DNA from: Dipteris shenzhenensis
Taxonomy: Eukaryota
DNA: 64,000 nucleotides
Assembly: GCA_047967505.1 (NCBI GenBank)
Contig: CM106538.1
Reading direction: 5' to 3' (one strand)
The notes under the pieces are model-generated. The model was not told the DNA's origin. It was given only the letters and a program-made list of their open reading frames with translations, and did not search any database. Shown here piece after piece: positions 1 to 13,200 of this stretch; positions within the stretch are counted from its first letter, which is position 1; each line of letters starts with the position of its first letter. A program made the position numbers and the translations under genes.

Positions 1-129
1 TTTTGGTGATGCCTTTTGGGCTTACCAATGCACCAATCGTATGATGGACATAATTTTCAGATCCTACAGCACTTTCTTTGATGATATTTTGGTCTTTTCT
101 AAGACAGAAGAAGAGCACAAAGAGCACTT

Positions 130-3100
130 CTTTTTGCCCAAAAAAAAAAAGACTTCTATTTAGTAAGAAAGAAACTCGCTAGAGCAAGCTCTGTGTGGAA
201 ATACAACATGCTAAGCATGTAATAAAAAACACCTCAGAAGAATGAGGTAGACAGAAACCAAGGCTGCGGCTGAAAATGCCAACTCAACCCTGTAGAAGTC
301 TCAGCAAAGAAGGGAGAGTCTCTCCAATCTATGAGTAAAGCAACTCTCCTGGAGGAGGCTGCTCGAGAGGATCCCTGCATGGTCGCCCAAATGGCCATCA
401 GAGAGTGTACCGTATCTGTCCAAGTACTGGCCAAGATCTGAGAAGGGTGAACCTGAGAATCCCCAGGTCATATAGAAGGGGAGGCTAACAAAAGTGCTAA
501 AAAGTCTTGCAATCCCCTTTCATATGATTCTCGCCTGTCTGCAATCCCAAAGGCAGTGCTGTATTGTCTCCGAAGCAGAAAGGCAACGAGTGCAAGTAGG
601 GTCAGCCTCAAACCTGGATCTCCAATGGTTCACTGCTATCCCACCATGAATAGAAAGCCAAAAGAAGAGAGTGATGTTTCTTTTCCGGTGGGATTTCCAG
701 AGCCTCTGCCAAAAAATTTTCTGCAAGTCAATAGAAATCTGAAAGTTCTCCCAATGAGGAGCTCCGGTAGGCCTCCAACCCCTAGAGCTGAGCTGGAATT
801 TCCTGACATTACTAACCGTGTAACAAAAGAAGGGGATGCCCTTCTCTCGGTGCCCTTCATCTATCCATTCCCATTCCCCAGGGTCCCACTGCAAAAACTT
901 AATTGGGACACCTCCATAGAGCCATAGCCTCCATGAGCCCAGGGCAATGAGAAGCTCGGGTCAGGATCCAAGTACCAGTGTGAAAGAGAGCCATGCTCCA
1001 TGAAGCCCACTATCCTGACTGGCTGAAACGGTACCTCTAACAAGATATCTTCTATGGATCTGGACAGCCTGCCCCCCGAAGAAACATCAAAGACTAAGGC
1101 ATCCTCATGTGTGTCATGAAAAGCAATCACCTGTAAAGGAACTCCCAATCCGGAAAATGCCCCCATCCAGGTGGAGCAAGAAATAGGCATGTCATCGGTG
1201 TCCACCCAATCCAAGGGCAAGGCTGCATCAATTTGTTGGACTCTCCCTGCACTTCCTATGAGATTAAGAACCATCTGTGCTTGTTGGTCTGCAGGAAGCT
1301 TCCTGAATGCTTTCCATGCTCCCACGGTAGAAGCAGGGCCCCTCTCCCATCTTGGCCACTGCATGTAAGGAGAAGCTCCAAGTGGTCTGCCATGCTCATC
1401 CAAAATACTGTCATTCCACATGATAGGCTTCCTTTCAATCTCTTCACAGGTGGATGGGGGAATCTATCATCCTGCTTCAACATGTATCCACTTGCTTGGT
1501 ACTATTTCTTTTGGTTTTTCAATAGTATGCTTATTAAGAAATGAAATGTTTTCCTACTGTTCAGTTACGGACAATGGGGACTAGGTCTAGCATTTGAGGG
1601 TGGACCCCCTTGCTTGGGGTTATGGGCATTAGTGATCCACAAGAGTTATGGCCTCTCTTTGAGAGGGACATCTGGAAACCACACCCCACCTGAGTACCCA
1701 AACATGGGACCAATCAAATGCACAGATAGCATACCGACCTAGGAACCATTCAAGAAAATGTTCCCTGAGCTGTGGGTGTGGGCTTGGCAGCATGCCAAGA
1801 GTAATGGAGATACAAGATAAGACGACAAACAAATGAGCTCAGTATGGCTCAATTATGACCTTAGAGTACGTCAATAGATAGTCGAAGCTGTTAGGAACCC
1901 GTGGGTGCGATCAGAATTGAATTCTAACAACTTTGAAATTTTAGGGTTTTTGGGAGTGACACGTGGCAGACTGCCACATGGAATCTGAGCTGGCAGGTCA
2001 GTCCACCTGTCCCACACATGTGGCAGCATGCATGGCAAGTGGCAGGGCATGCAGGCCAAGTTTCTGGTCCCAAATCTGGTAGATTTAGGGAAGGTTGTGG
2101 GCTGTCCTCTTTGGGACTGCAGCCCACCAAAAATCTGGGACACGTGTCCACCTTCCACTCTAGGCCTTGGGGGGGGGGGGCGGAGCCTATAAAAGAAGGC
2201 CTCTCCCCTTCATTCCTCACATGAAAAATTCGTCACTTTTCTTCTCCCTCCTTTTGGATGATGCAGCAGAACGTCTCCAGCTCCTTGGGTGCAGCCAGCT
2301 TCTCCCCAGGCCATTCTCTCACCTCAGCAGCACTCTCTCTCTACATCACATTCTCTCTCTACAGTTCCAGCCCCTCCTCTCCAGAAATCTGCCCCCCTCT
2401 CAGCTCTTCTGGAACAGCAGCAGCATCCTCTCTCCTTCTCCTAGCCTGGAGCAGCCACAGCCCCTTTCTCTCTCCTGCTGCAGTCTTTCCCTCTCTACTG
2501 CAGAATTTCTCTCTCTACTGTTCCAGCCCATTCCCCTTGCAGAAATCTGCCTTTCTGTGCACCTCTGGAACAGCAGCATCTCCTCTCTTACATCCCCTCC
2601 CTTGGGATAAGCATTGGCACTCTCTCTCTAAAGCTATCACTCCATAAAAGCTTTCTCTCTCTAGCCTACAGGCTGTTTTTCTAAGCTGTTCTCATTCCAG
2701 CCCCATTTCCACACTCTCCTCACCCAAGGTAGCTTCAGAGGCATCAAGGACTTCATCTACAAAAGGATCAAGTCACAAAGGGAGCCTGTATTGTCAAGTT
2801 TATCTCATTTACAGCACTATTTCATGTTGTTTCTACTATCTTTCTAGAAACTAGTGCTTGTCTCTAATGTTGGATGTAAGTGGTGATTGTTGCAGGCTTC
2901 TTCCTTATGGATTGGGCAAGCCAAGAGTTGAAACCTGAGCTTGGAGTCCTCCTTTTTGTTGTCTACCTTGCACATATGCTCTTGAGTCTTGTATCTAGGT
3001 CCTAGGTTTTCACTGAGTTCATCAGTTTGGAAGGTGCATTGCACCTTGGTCTTGTATCTCCATTTTCAAGAATAAAGTGATCCTGGATAGGGGGGGGGGG

Positions 3101-4175
3101 GGGGGGCGTCTTGGCCCCTCAATCATATTGCAATTTCCAATGATGTCACTTTGTGTTTAAGGTGTATAAGTCTTAATTCCAGCTTAATTGCAAACTCTTA
3201 AGTTCAAGTATATGTGTTTGGCAACTCGCAATCATTTCATTCAAACGCCTCTGCAAAATCCGTTGTTTGAATTGATAGAAAGCACTGAGTAGTTTACAGA
3301 ATCCTGCGAAGTGTACTCCTGAAGCTGGCCCATGCTTTCAGGATAGCAACCATAAGAGGGAAAGAGGGAGATCTGAGGTGGACTGTGGTGAAAACCCATC
3401 TGGTGCTATGTGTCCGATCCTCTCCTGAAGTGGGCGTGCCAGACTGTATGCATTTGATAAAGAAATCCTTCCAAGGCTCTTGCCCTGGCATAAGTCCTCT
3501 CACAATGACCTTGCAGAGTAAGGCTCTGCAGTGTAGATCCCGGTCGATGATATTCAAAGCCCCTTCTCTTGTAGGAAGAATCAAGGTCTCCCAAGCCACC
3601 CTGGCTGTAACATCAGTTGTGCCATCTAGACCACTCCATAAAAAGTTTCATACGGGCCTCTTAAGGTGAGTGATTCAATCCCTAGAGTGGCACCAACAAG
3701 AGCAAACAAACCATGCTGTGGCTAGAAGAACCTGATTAACCACCACCACCTTGGAAGCCAAGTTAAGTTTGGTTGAGCTCTAGAAAAGGAGCTTTCTTCT
3801 GATGCTCTCCAAGACCAGAGCAAACTGTTGTGAGGGAGAGGTGCCCACCCCAACCTGGCAGCCCAAATATCTGACGGAGACGCCCCTCTGTACCCAAGTG
3901 AAGGCAATATCATTATCCCAATCCGGGGTGTCACCATCACAAATCCAAAAGCCATTGGATTTATGCCAATTAATGTGTGCACTTGCAGCCGTGCAAAATA
4001 AATCCAAGGCTGTCCGGAAGGAAGTGAGTGTCCTGGGGGTGGCATCCAAAAAAACAGCCGTGTCATCTGCCAGCTCACTATGCAGGAGCTCTTCTTCCCG
4101 GCGAATAGGAAGCCTCAGCCCATAAATATGAGCTTGAGATCTAAGGTAGATACTCATAGCTTCCGCCACAAACGA
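130..4175 (-). mobile_element. 5'-truncated plant L1-type LINE (RT C-terminal half and zf-RVT)
   Basis: Minus-strand ORFs contain ADDTAVFL, YLGCQVG, AWETLILPTREGALNI and the zf-RVT motif FWQRLWK...CTRC...ETIQHCLWDC. Flanked by a perfect 13-bp TSD ACAAAGAGCACTT at 117-129 and 4176-4188. Confidence 0.9.
1547..3298 (+). mobile_element. Probable solo LTR inserted in the LINE
   Basis: Non-coding 1.75-kb block interrupts LINE coding sequence, starts TG and ends TTTACA, has TATA-like CTATAAAAG at ~2187 followed by a CT-rich tract. TSD not clean, so the left boundary is approximate. Confidence 0.6.
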
Positions 4176-6394
4176 ACAAAGAGCACTTGGCTACTGTGTT
4201 GCAAGAACTCAGAAATCATAAACTTTGTATGAATGCCAAAAAGAGTGAATTCTTGCTTGACGAGATCCATCATCTTGGACACATTATTTCCAAGGATGGG
4301 ATTAGGATGGATCCAGCCAAGATTAAAGCTATACAGGAATGGCCAGAGCTCACCTCGGTACATGAAGTATGCAGCTTTCTTGGGCTTTGTTCCTATTACA
4401 GATGCTTCATCCGACACTTTGCTGATGTAGCAGCTCCCTTACATGACTTGACCAAGAAAAATGTAGTTTTCAGGTGGGGAGAAAGACAAAAGACAGCTTT
4501 TAATGCTCTCAAAAAGCTAACGACCGAGCCTATTCTCATTGTTCCAAATTTACAGAAACCATTTGATGGGGACTGCCATGCATGTGGAGAGTGTGTGGGA
4601 GCTGCTCTCCATCAACACGGTTGCGTTCTAGCTTATGAATGTAGGAGGTTGTGTGATGCCGAGATGCTTTTGGGTATTTATGTGAAAGATATGCTAGCAA
4701 TTATTCATACTTTAAATATTTGGAAGCATTATCTTCTTGGAGCTGACTTTACAGTCAAGACCGACCACCAAAGTCTCAAGTATTTCTTGACTCAGACAAG
4801 GATCTTTGAAAAGCAGATGAAGTGGGCAAATTTTCTATCCATGTTGCACTTTTAGATTGTTTATACGCTAGGAGCTCGGAACAGGGTTGTGGATGCTTTA
4901 TCTAGAAGGCCTAAAGTGAATAATGTCACCATAGCATATCACCGGGACTTGGAGGCCATGAAAGAGCTTTATTTACAGGATCCAGATTTTGGAGAGACCA
5001 TGACAAATATTCAGCAAGGGGTATCATCGAGCCAGTATACATTGAAAGACGGCTTTCTCATGAAAGATGATCATCTTTGTGTGATCCAACACATGGGAGC
5101 CAAAGTTTTGGAAGAGTGTCATGCTCCTGCTTATGCATGGCATTGAGGTATTTTGTCTACTACATAGGCCATTGAGAGATATTTCCTTTGGCCAAGGATG
5201 CAGAAAGACATTCACAAGTTTGTAACTGAATGTCTTACGTGCCAAAAGGTAAAGTATGATAGGCACAAGATCCTTAGACTTCTCATGCCGCTGCCCATAC
5301 CGCAAGGACCATGGGAAAGCATCGCCATGGATTTCATCTTTGATCCAAATACGGGAATGATGGGATTTGGACCATCATTAATAGGTTCAGCAAGCAGGCC
5401 CATTTCATTCCAGTAAGAAAAACTATTAAGGCAGATCACATGGTCCGATTGTTTCTGGCATAGATCTTTAAGCACCATGGGATGCCTAAGTTGATTGTGA
5501 GTGATTGAGACCCCAGGATGACTATATTATTTTGGAGAGCATTATTTGATAATATGGGGATGAAGTTGGACTTTTCATCTTCTTTTCATTCTCAGTCAGA
5601 TGGACAGGTGAGAATGCCAATTCCATGGTATTGGATCTTCTCAAGTGTTATGCATCCGAGCAGAAGGTCGAATGGGAAAAGTATATACCTCTTGTGGAAT
5701 TCGCATACAATAACACTGTCCATAGCTTCATAGGAAAAGCCCCATTCGAAGTTATTTATGGAACATTGATTCTACCACCTATCCTCAGAACAAAGGACAA
5801 GATATTTGCAGCCGACTAGTATGTCCGAGACTTAGATACAACTTTCTCTCAAGTACGGACAGGAAGATCTCAACAAAAGCAAAAGAAGACAACAGACAAG
5901 CACCGGAGGGAGATAAATCTCCAAGAAGGAGACTGGGTCTTACTAAAATTTGAAAAAGCACGACTCAGAAATATGAAAGGAAAAGAGAAACTATACCCAA
6001 AGTTGTCTCGTATTATGGACCATTTAGAGTTAGTGAGGCCATAAATGAACTTGCTTTTCAACTAGAGCTGCTCGAGACTTAGAAGATTTACAATGCTTTT
6101 CATGTGAGTCTTCTAAAGAAGTCTTAAGGACCAGAACCCACATAACCAGTTCAAGAAGAGCCACTTGAGGTGGAAGAGATGGAGGAGATCCTCCAGCTAG
6201 AATAAATTGTATATCATACAGAACAGAAAGGACCCAAAGGCAAGGTTATCCGTAGATACCTTGTCAAGTTTAAGAATTATTCGGCACTTGATGCCAAGTG
6301 GGTAGATGAGGAATTCTTCTCAGAGTATCCTCAAGTTTTACAGTTGTATCAAGAAGCTTTTCTGTTGAGGACAATTGTTTAGAAGCTGAGGGGA

Positions 6395-7255
6395 TGTCAC
6401 CATTTGTGATTTCTCCTAAGAAAATAAAGAGTGGTCTTTATTAGAATTGACTTCGGTCAAAGAATGGTGAAGTTGGTTAACTAGAAATAAGTTTTATTGT
6501 TTTACTTTTGCCATGCATTGGAAAAAAGAGAACTGTGGGGACTCCCACAAGGGACTAGAAATAGTCCAAGAACTAGGAATGCATGCATTTCGCTAACCTC
6601 TACTGTAGGTCCCACAAGGCTCTCAAGCAAGGACAAGAGGCACCTCTTTAAAAGAGGGCCCAAAAAGGCACCTAAAGCCTCCAATTTAGGAAGAAAAGCC
6701 TGAAAGCTTAGCTTTTAGAAAGAAGCCCCTAGCTTTTTGTTAGGCCTAGTCTATAAAAGAAAGGCCTCTGGCCTCCTTCTCATGCAAAGCAGCAAGGCGG
6801 CTTAAAATTGGTACAGCAGAAAACACAGTTTTTAAACATCTGAAAATAGAAAAAATGTGTTCTTTCATAGCAGTTGATTAAATTCCCTTTAAGTGCATTT
6901 CTGAAGTCAACCTTCTCTTGAGGCATCTGATTATCATTTTGTACTCCTAGGATGTTATGTGCAGATTATCAACATTGAGCAACAGAAGAATATTGTACTG
7001 AAATGAATAAATGCCTTTTACTTGATCCTGTCAAATGCCATTTCTATTTGATACGAATATTCACATGTTGTAATAATTCTATACTAGCACAAATGCAATC
7101 TTACATAGCTTGAATTTGCGTACTTGTTTGGTGATAAAACTGCATTGTGTTTTGTTTTGAGGTGGAGATAGTTGGCTGTATATGGCTTGGTGCCTGTGCT
7201 TTTACTTGCAGGTTGACAGGTTGACTTTCTTGTTGAATGATTTTTTCTTATGACA
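6395..7255 (+). repeat. 3' LTR of the chromovirus
   Basis: Follows purine tract AGAAGCTGAGGGGA; TGTCA...TGACA inverted termini; CTATAAAAG at ~6751. The partner LTR is outside the window, so the right end is inferred. Confidence 0.65.
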
Positions 7256-8789
7256 TTATGCAGTGCATGCACGGTCCAAAGTGCAGAGTTGGGCCCACCT
7301 GTACGGTTGGTAGGCGAGTGCAAGAAGTTTATATCTTGGGAGGACTCATTCTCCCAGTTTGGGGCACCGTGGAGAAAACACTTGCCAAGCAGGTACTATA
7401 TGATAGCTTGCATTATTTTTCATGTACAGGCATATACTGTCTGTCCAAGTCCTTTTATGAGGATCAAGCTTTTATATAGGTGGCTGTATTATGCATGGTT
7501 GATTTCTAGCTTATCAAGAAAACCCCTCTTTTGTTCTGTTTTTCGCTCCTTATTTGTTATCTGATGTTATTGGCAAGCGAATTTGATCCTTCCAAATATA
7601 CACCAGGGCATTGCACACAGCCTTTGCATCTGTTGCAAATTGTTATCGCAGTACACTTTGTGATACTTATTTGCTATTGAGCATTGCAAAGTGTACTTGT
7701 GTATGGAGAGTAGCAAAAAAAAGGGGAATGGACATAGAAGTAGAGGGTGGAGTGAAGATAATGGTGTGTCTGCATGATCTTTGGACCAAGTGGACATCCA
7801 ACCTAGGAAGAAGGTACGTCTGAGCCAAGGGTGGATGATGCAAGGCAGTTCAGCATGCAATCAGAACAAGAGCCACCTTGGGCCTGAAAATATATCTGAA
7901 CCACCACTGAGCCAATGATACATTGAGACATCTCCAAGGTCGAGGGTATGTAGGAGTCGTCTCGAGGAATAAGACCAGAAGAAGACTTCAGAGGTCACAC
8001 TGAAGAGCATAAAGAGGAATCATGACATTTGGAGCAGAGCTACGGTCGCAGTTGTAGGATAGAGGAGAAAGCTGACAAGTCACTAGGAGAATGAGAACAG
8101 GAGCGTGGGAACAGCTCTAAAAGAGTTGAGAGGGCAAGACAAAGTAGTTAGAGCAACACCCCAATGTACAGCCAGCTGTCATAAAGGGCTCACTTGCATG
8201 TACTACCCAGTCATGGGTTCCTCCTATGAATTCCTTTTGTTAAAATGTTTTTCCTCCTGTGAGGTGACCTTCTTCTAAGTTGAGCTCTCCTTCTAAAACC
8301 ATCTCCCATGCCCAATGCTTGCCACTTGGCTTACTTTTTTGGTGTCATGTATCCTACAAGTGACCCTTCCATTAAAGCTCTCTCGTGGCTTTCCGTTGCA
8401 CCTCTTTATTAATGCTTGAGCCTAGGATTAACCCTAGACCCAGCCTCTAAACCCCATTAATGCAAGCAATGTCAAGCCCTCCTTGTTTCTTGCCTATAAC
8501 GTTGTCTCGGTATTATAGTTGACATAACACCCAAGAAAGTGATTACGAGGAGCATTTGTTTCATTTATGCTACTCTAATAGAGCTAGGGAATAGGAATCT
8601 ACCAAGGATAAGAACGCAGACAGATTTCATAGGAGCTACAATGAGCAATGGGAGGGGGCTATAATTTCTCTCTCCAATTGAGGAAAGTTGTCGTGATGAC
8701 ATGTGGCATTCTCAAATGCAGGGAAAGAAAGTGAAGCAGAAGCGTTAGCAGTATTTGGAGAGATGCGAGTGACGAGAAGGCTCGAAACA

Positions 8790-9066
8790 TGAGCTCTCTA
8801 TTGTAACACAAGAGCATACCATAGTTTTACAAGATTGGAATTCGAGTTGTGGTTGTCGAATAAGATGTCCATTATTGTCTTTATGAATGTTGTTTGCAGA
8901 CATCCTTAGCACTAGTCACATGACACCTCGTCGCAAATGAATGTAGGCCTACTAGTAACTCTCCCACAAGTATCCGATGCACCCCTCGATTCTCGAAACA
9001 TTTTAGGTCACAATGCGCCACACCATGCAGGAGGAGATCATTGATATTGTGACTGTTTTCTTCCAT
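8790..9066 (-). pseudogene. Possible highly degenerate protein-kinase fragment
   Basis: Minus ORF contains LHGVAHCDLKC, resembling the kinase catalytic loop HRDLK. Little other support. Confidence 0.3.
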
Positions 9067-10238
9067 GTTTTAAAACATATGTCAGTGAAACTTACCTTTG
9101 CTAAATAGAGTGTTCAAGCATTCGAATGGCACAACCTTGAGTTAAACTACGATGTCTCCTTATGCAAAGCCTTGGTTAAGTCTTGTATGGAACAATGCGC
9201 CTTGGAAGGCTTAGTGAGAGGGCTCGAAGGTCCTCTAGAAGAATTGTGTAAGCCTCCCATGACAACCCCTGGGCCTAACATTACCCCCCCTCCCCCCCCA
9301 ACCCCCCCCCCCCCCCAAAACACACACACCAAACACAATTCTCCAAGGCATCACTCTCCTAAGAGGACAAGCAACACGTTCAGGACACTGTTTTAAGGTT
9401 GGAGATAAAGCAGTCATAGGGTGCATTTTGTGACCTTATCCCCACAGCTCCTACATCAAGGGAGTTTATTTTATGTCGGCTCGGACTCTGTTTCTTTTAT
9501 TCCTTCTTTGGACCATTTCTTCGCATTGAGCGACATGGAGACCAAGCATCACACATTGCCATGCTTTGCAGCCCCATTGCGGTTTCCAACATTATTGGGT
9601 GTAGGGGCATTTTACTCTCTACAAAGACATGCTTTGGAATTGTTTTGGAGTCACTCATGACTATGGCCTATGGTTGATGCAGTATCATTGAAGGGTACGG
9701 TTGGCCTTCAAGGATTAAGAGCCTTGCCATAGATTTTCTTGGAGGTTATGAATGGAGTAGATTTCTTGCAACAAGTGGAGGTGGTAGGACTAAGGGGCAG
9801 TGTCTTGAATGTTTAGATGTTTGGTAATCTAGTTAACGCATGCTCCTGTTTTATAGTTTGCACCCTCCCTCGGAGAGTGTAGAGGATGGAGATCATGAGT
9901 TGCCACCGACATGTGTTTGACTTTACACGCAGAACCTACCAAGAGGATCCTTTACAAGGTATAGACGCATTGTGTGTTGCATCGGGCAAGGAATGGATTC
10001 TTACAAAGGGCGAGAACAAAGGGAGTAGTGCATCCAAGAATGTGCCCTCAAAAGAGAAAGGCAAAGGATCCTTGATCCACATGTGGTACTAACCTTGAGA
10101 TACCCTTCGCTAACTCCAGCTGCAAAGGAGCTGGAACCAAACCTGAAGGTTACTCCTTTGAACTCGCTTGCATCATAGTGTATGTTCAAACTTGTTTAGA
10201 TCTTCCAAGAAGTGCCCTTGCTATAGGCAATGCAGCCA

Positions 10239-13200
10239 CTTGTTGTCTGCTCCCTGCATTCCATCTCCATGTCATTGCTCTCCACACCCAACAATGTTGT
10301 CAGAGCGGGATTTCTTCCTCCAACCTGCTTTGCCCCTCGCTCAGCTCTCCAGCTAGTAGCTCGTTTTTGCATCTCAATAGCTCATTTTTGGTGGTATCAG
10401 CTCGTTTTTGTACTCCACTTGCAGATTCAGCTCCTGCAATAGCCTTGCACAGTCCCACAAATGTTTCCAAGCCATTTCTGGCTGCCATTGTCGCTTGTAT
10501 CTATTGGAAATAATAATTTCGGAGGTTCAACCTGTAAACCATCGCCAAAAAGCTCAGCTTACAGTCTTGACTGTTGAAATATGTTTTTGGGGCTATTCGT
10601 TGATGTTTTCAGGTGCAATCTCAACATTTTTTGCAGTTTTAGACCAGTTCCTAGGAAAACGACGTCATTTCTCTGATGTCTGTACATGTGCGTGCGGTCC
10701 ATACAGATGTCTGTTACAACTGTATGGATCTGCTGATTTTGGCTACAATCTATCTGTACAGCCTTTGTGTACGTGTCCGTACACTTTGTTGTGACTTTCG
10801 ACATGCTCCAAACAGCCTTTTTCTTGCAATGCAGCCCCCATTTGCTGTTGCAGAACTGCATTTGAAGATTGTAGGGTATACTTTGGGGCTTTTGAGCTTT
10901 TGCAGTGACATTGCCTAGTATAGGGCTTCTGTGTCACATTTGCAAATACATAGCAAGAAAATTTGCAAAGTTGCCGTGCATAGTGTCACAGTTGCTTAGA
11001 TTGCAATGACATTTGGTTGCCTTGGTCTGTTTTTGATTGACATTGGCTAGAAATTGCAGCACATTGTGTCATAGTTGCAAAATTGCAGCACAATTTGGGG
11101 CTTTTCCTGTTTGCCCTCTTTTTGGGATATTTGCTCTCTCACAACTTGGGGACTTTTGCCAGATTTTGTGTCAATTGCAGTGACATTTTCTTGGGTCAGC
11201 TCAATTTGGGCATTTGCTTGCATTTTGCCTTTGATTTGGGTAACTCGGAGATTGCTTTACAGGAACACTCAACTACTATTTCCAGGACAGATTCAGCTCA
11301 GCTTTGCATTGGACAGATTTGTAGATATTTGCCGTTTGATTTGGGTTGGTCACTTTTGTAGGCCAGTGTTGGGGGACATCCTTTTGCATTTTTGCTCAGT
11401 GTTTTGAGCCGCCCTTTGTGACATTTATACTGGTAGAGCATTGTTGTTATTTTTTGAGTTGACATTTGTCCACTCTTGAGTAGCTAGCTCATTGCATTAT
11501 AGCCTTGAGGCTTTGACATTTGCAAGGCACTTAATTTTTTGGGGAATTTTCATTTGCAATGGCAAACCATGAGTCATTTGGAATGCTTGCTGCTGAGGAC
11601 AGACTCAATGGTTCCAACTATCCCATGTGGTTGTATTTGGTGCGCCACCTTTTTGTATCCATGCATTTTTGGGAAATTGTATCTGGATTAGAGACTAGAC
11701 CTGTCTCTCCAGCGAAGGCACCTGCTGCCACCGCAACGACCAAGTGATGCTACGGCTACGATTGCCACATCTTGTTCATCTACCACTGCTCCCACAGTGC
11801 TTGCCGCAATGCTTCCCACACCCGAACAGATTTGTTCGGATCAGAGAAATGCACATGCACATGCAGTGATGATTGATATGAATAGCAAAAGGGAGGTTAT
11901 ACCTCACATTCGGTCTTGCAAGACAGCCAGATCTGCATGGGATATTTTGGCCAACCTCTATCACATTCGGAATGAGGCTAGGGTTGCCTATTTGCGCAGG
12001 CAGCCTGATGTTGTTAATATGAACAAAAGGGACAGCATGGATGCCTACCTCACATAGATTAAGGATTTTAGAGAGTAGCTCATCATTGTTGGTGAGATTC
12101 TCTATGACACTTGATGGGCTCCTTGACTCATACCAGGGATTTGCTACGGTGGTGAGGCTAGTGGTGATGGGTAACTCCAACCACTTTTCTTTCGATCAGC
12201 TTGTTTCCCTACTCTTGCAAGAGGAGCAGAGTGGTCAAAACAGAAAAAAGACTGTTTTACTCATGCAGATCAAGCCTTTGCCACTGGTCATAGGGGCAAA
12301 GGAAAAGAGGGGGGGGGGGGGGGGGGGATTTAGAGCAAGCCCGAACCTTCATCTGGTACCTCATCATCTTCTCATGATGACGGGAAGAAACATCAGCATT
12401 GTAATTATTGCAAGAAGCCCAACCATGACATCTCTGAATGTTAGAAGCGCATTGCTTCAGAGAAGAAAAACCAGCAAAATGATATTGTAGTCATGCTCTT
12501 GCTGCCCATGGTCACCCTCTTGAGGCAACAAAGGCTTAGGATGAGTGGGCATTTGTCACAAGGGCGTGAGTTTTGATGCTCACATGTGGCCCCGGTAATT
12601 AAATGGCGAGGTCATGGGATGTGGGTGTGCAAGTTTCCCCTAGGCAATTGTGCTTTGGGGGCAAATGAAAGGTTTAGGGCCAAACAGGGTCCCAAAAACC
12701 TTAGGCCTTTCAAGTTGGTCATTGGTAGGCTTGTAAAGAGGCCCCACTAAGGGGCCTAGGGGCAAATGAAGCCCTTGGGGGCAACCCAAGGCATGGGCTG
12801 CCACGTGGTAAGCCCATGCAGGAAAGGAATCCCAAGGAAGACCTTGGGTAAGAGTTTGGATGGAAAAGAATGGCGGGGGGACAGAATCATGTAATTGAGG
12901 AGGTCTTACAAAAGTTGGCACCTCCACGGAGAGAAGGCATATAGTCCGTACGACGGTACGGGAGAGGCAATTAATGCAATCAATGCTGCTGGTACGGCAA
13001 TGTACGGAATGGGTATTGAATTCTACGTACGGGCTGGTACGGAATCCTAAGCATAGGCTGGTACGGGCTGCAAGTGCGAGCTAGTACGGGCTGTGTACGG
13101 AGCCTTAATTGCCGTTGGTACGGGGCTGTGTACGGGGCCTTAATTGCTGTTGGTACGGGCTGTGCACGGAGCCTTAACTGCTGCTTGTACGGGCTATGTA

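Larger units (their letters stand above)
1..6380 (+). mobile_element. Decayed Ty3/gypsy chromovirus pol (RT-RNaseH-integrase-chromodomain), split by a LINE at 130-4175
   Basis: 1-129 reads LVMPFGLTNAP...FFDDILVFSKTEEEHKEHL (with frameshift) and continues at 4189 ATVLQELRNHKL...LGHIISKDGI...FLGLCSYYR, then RNaseH WKHYLLGADFTVKTDHQSLKY, integrase PWESIAMDFI and LVEFAYNN, and chromodomain-like RRYLVKFKNYSALDAKW at ~6250-6310. Many stops and frameshifts. Confidence 0.92.
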
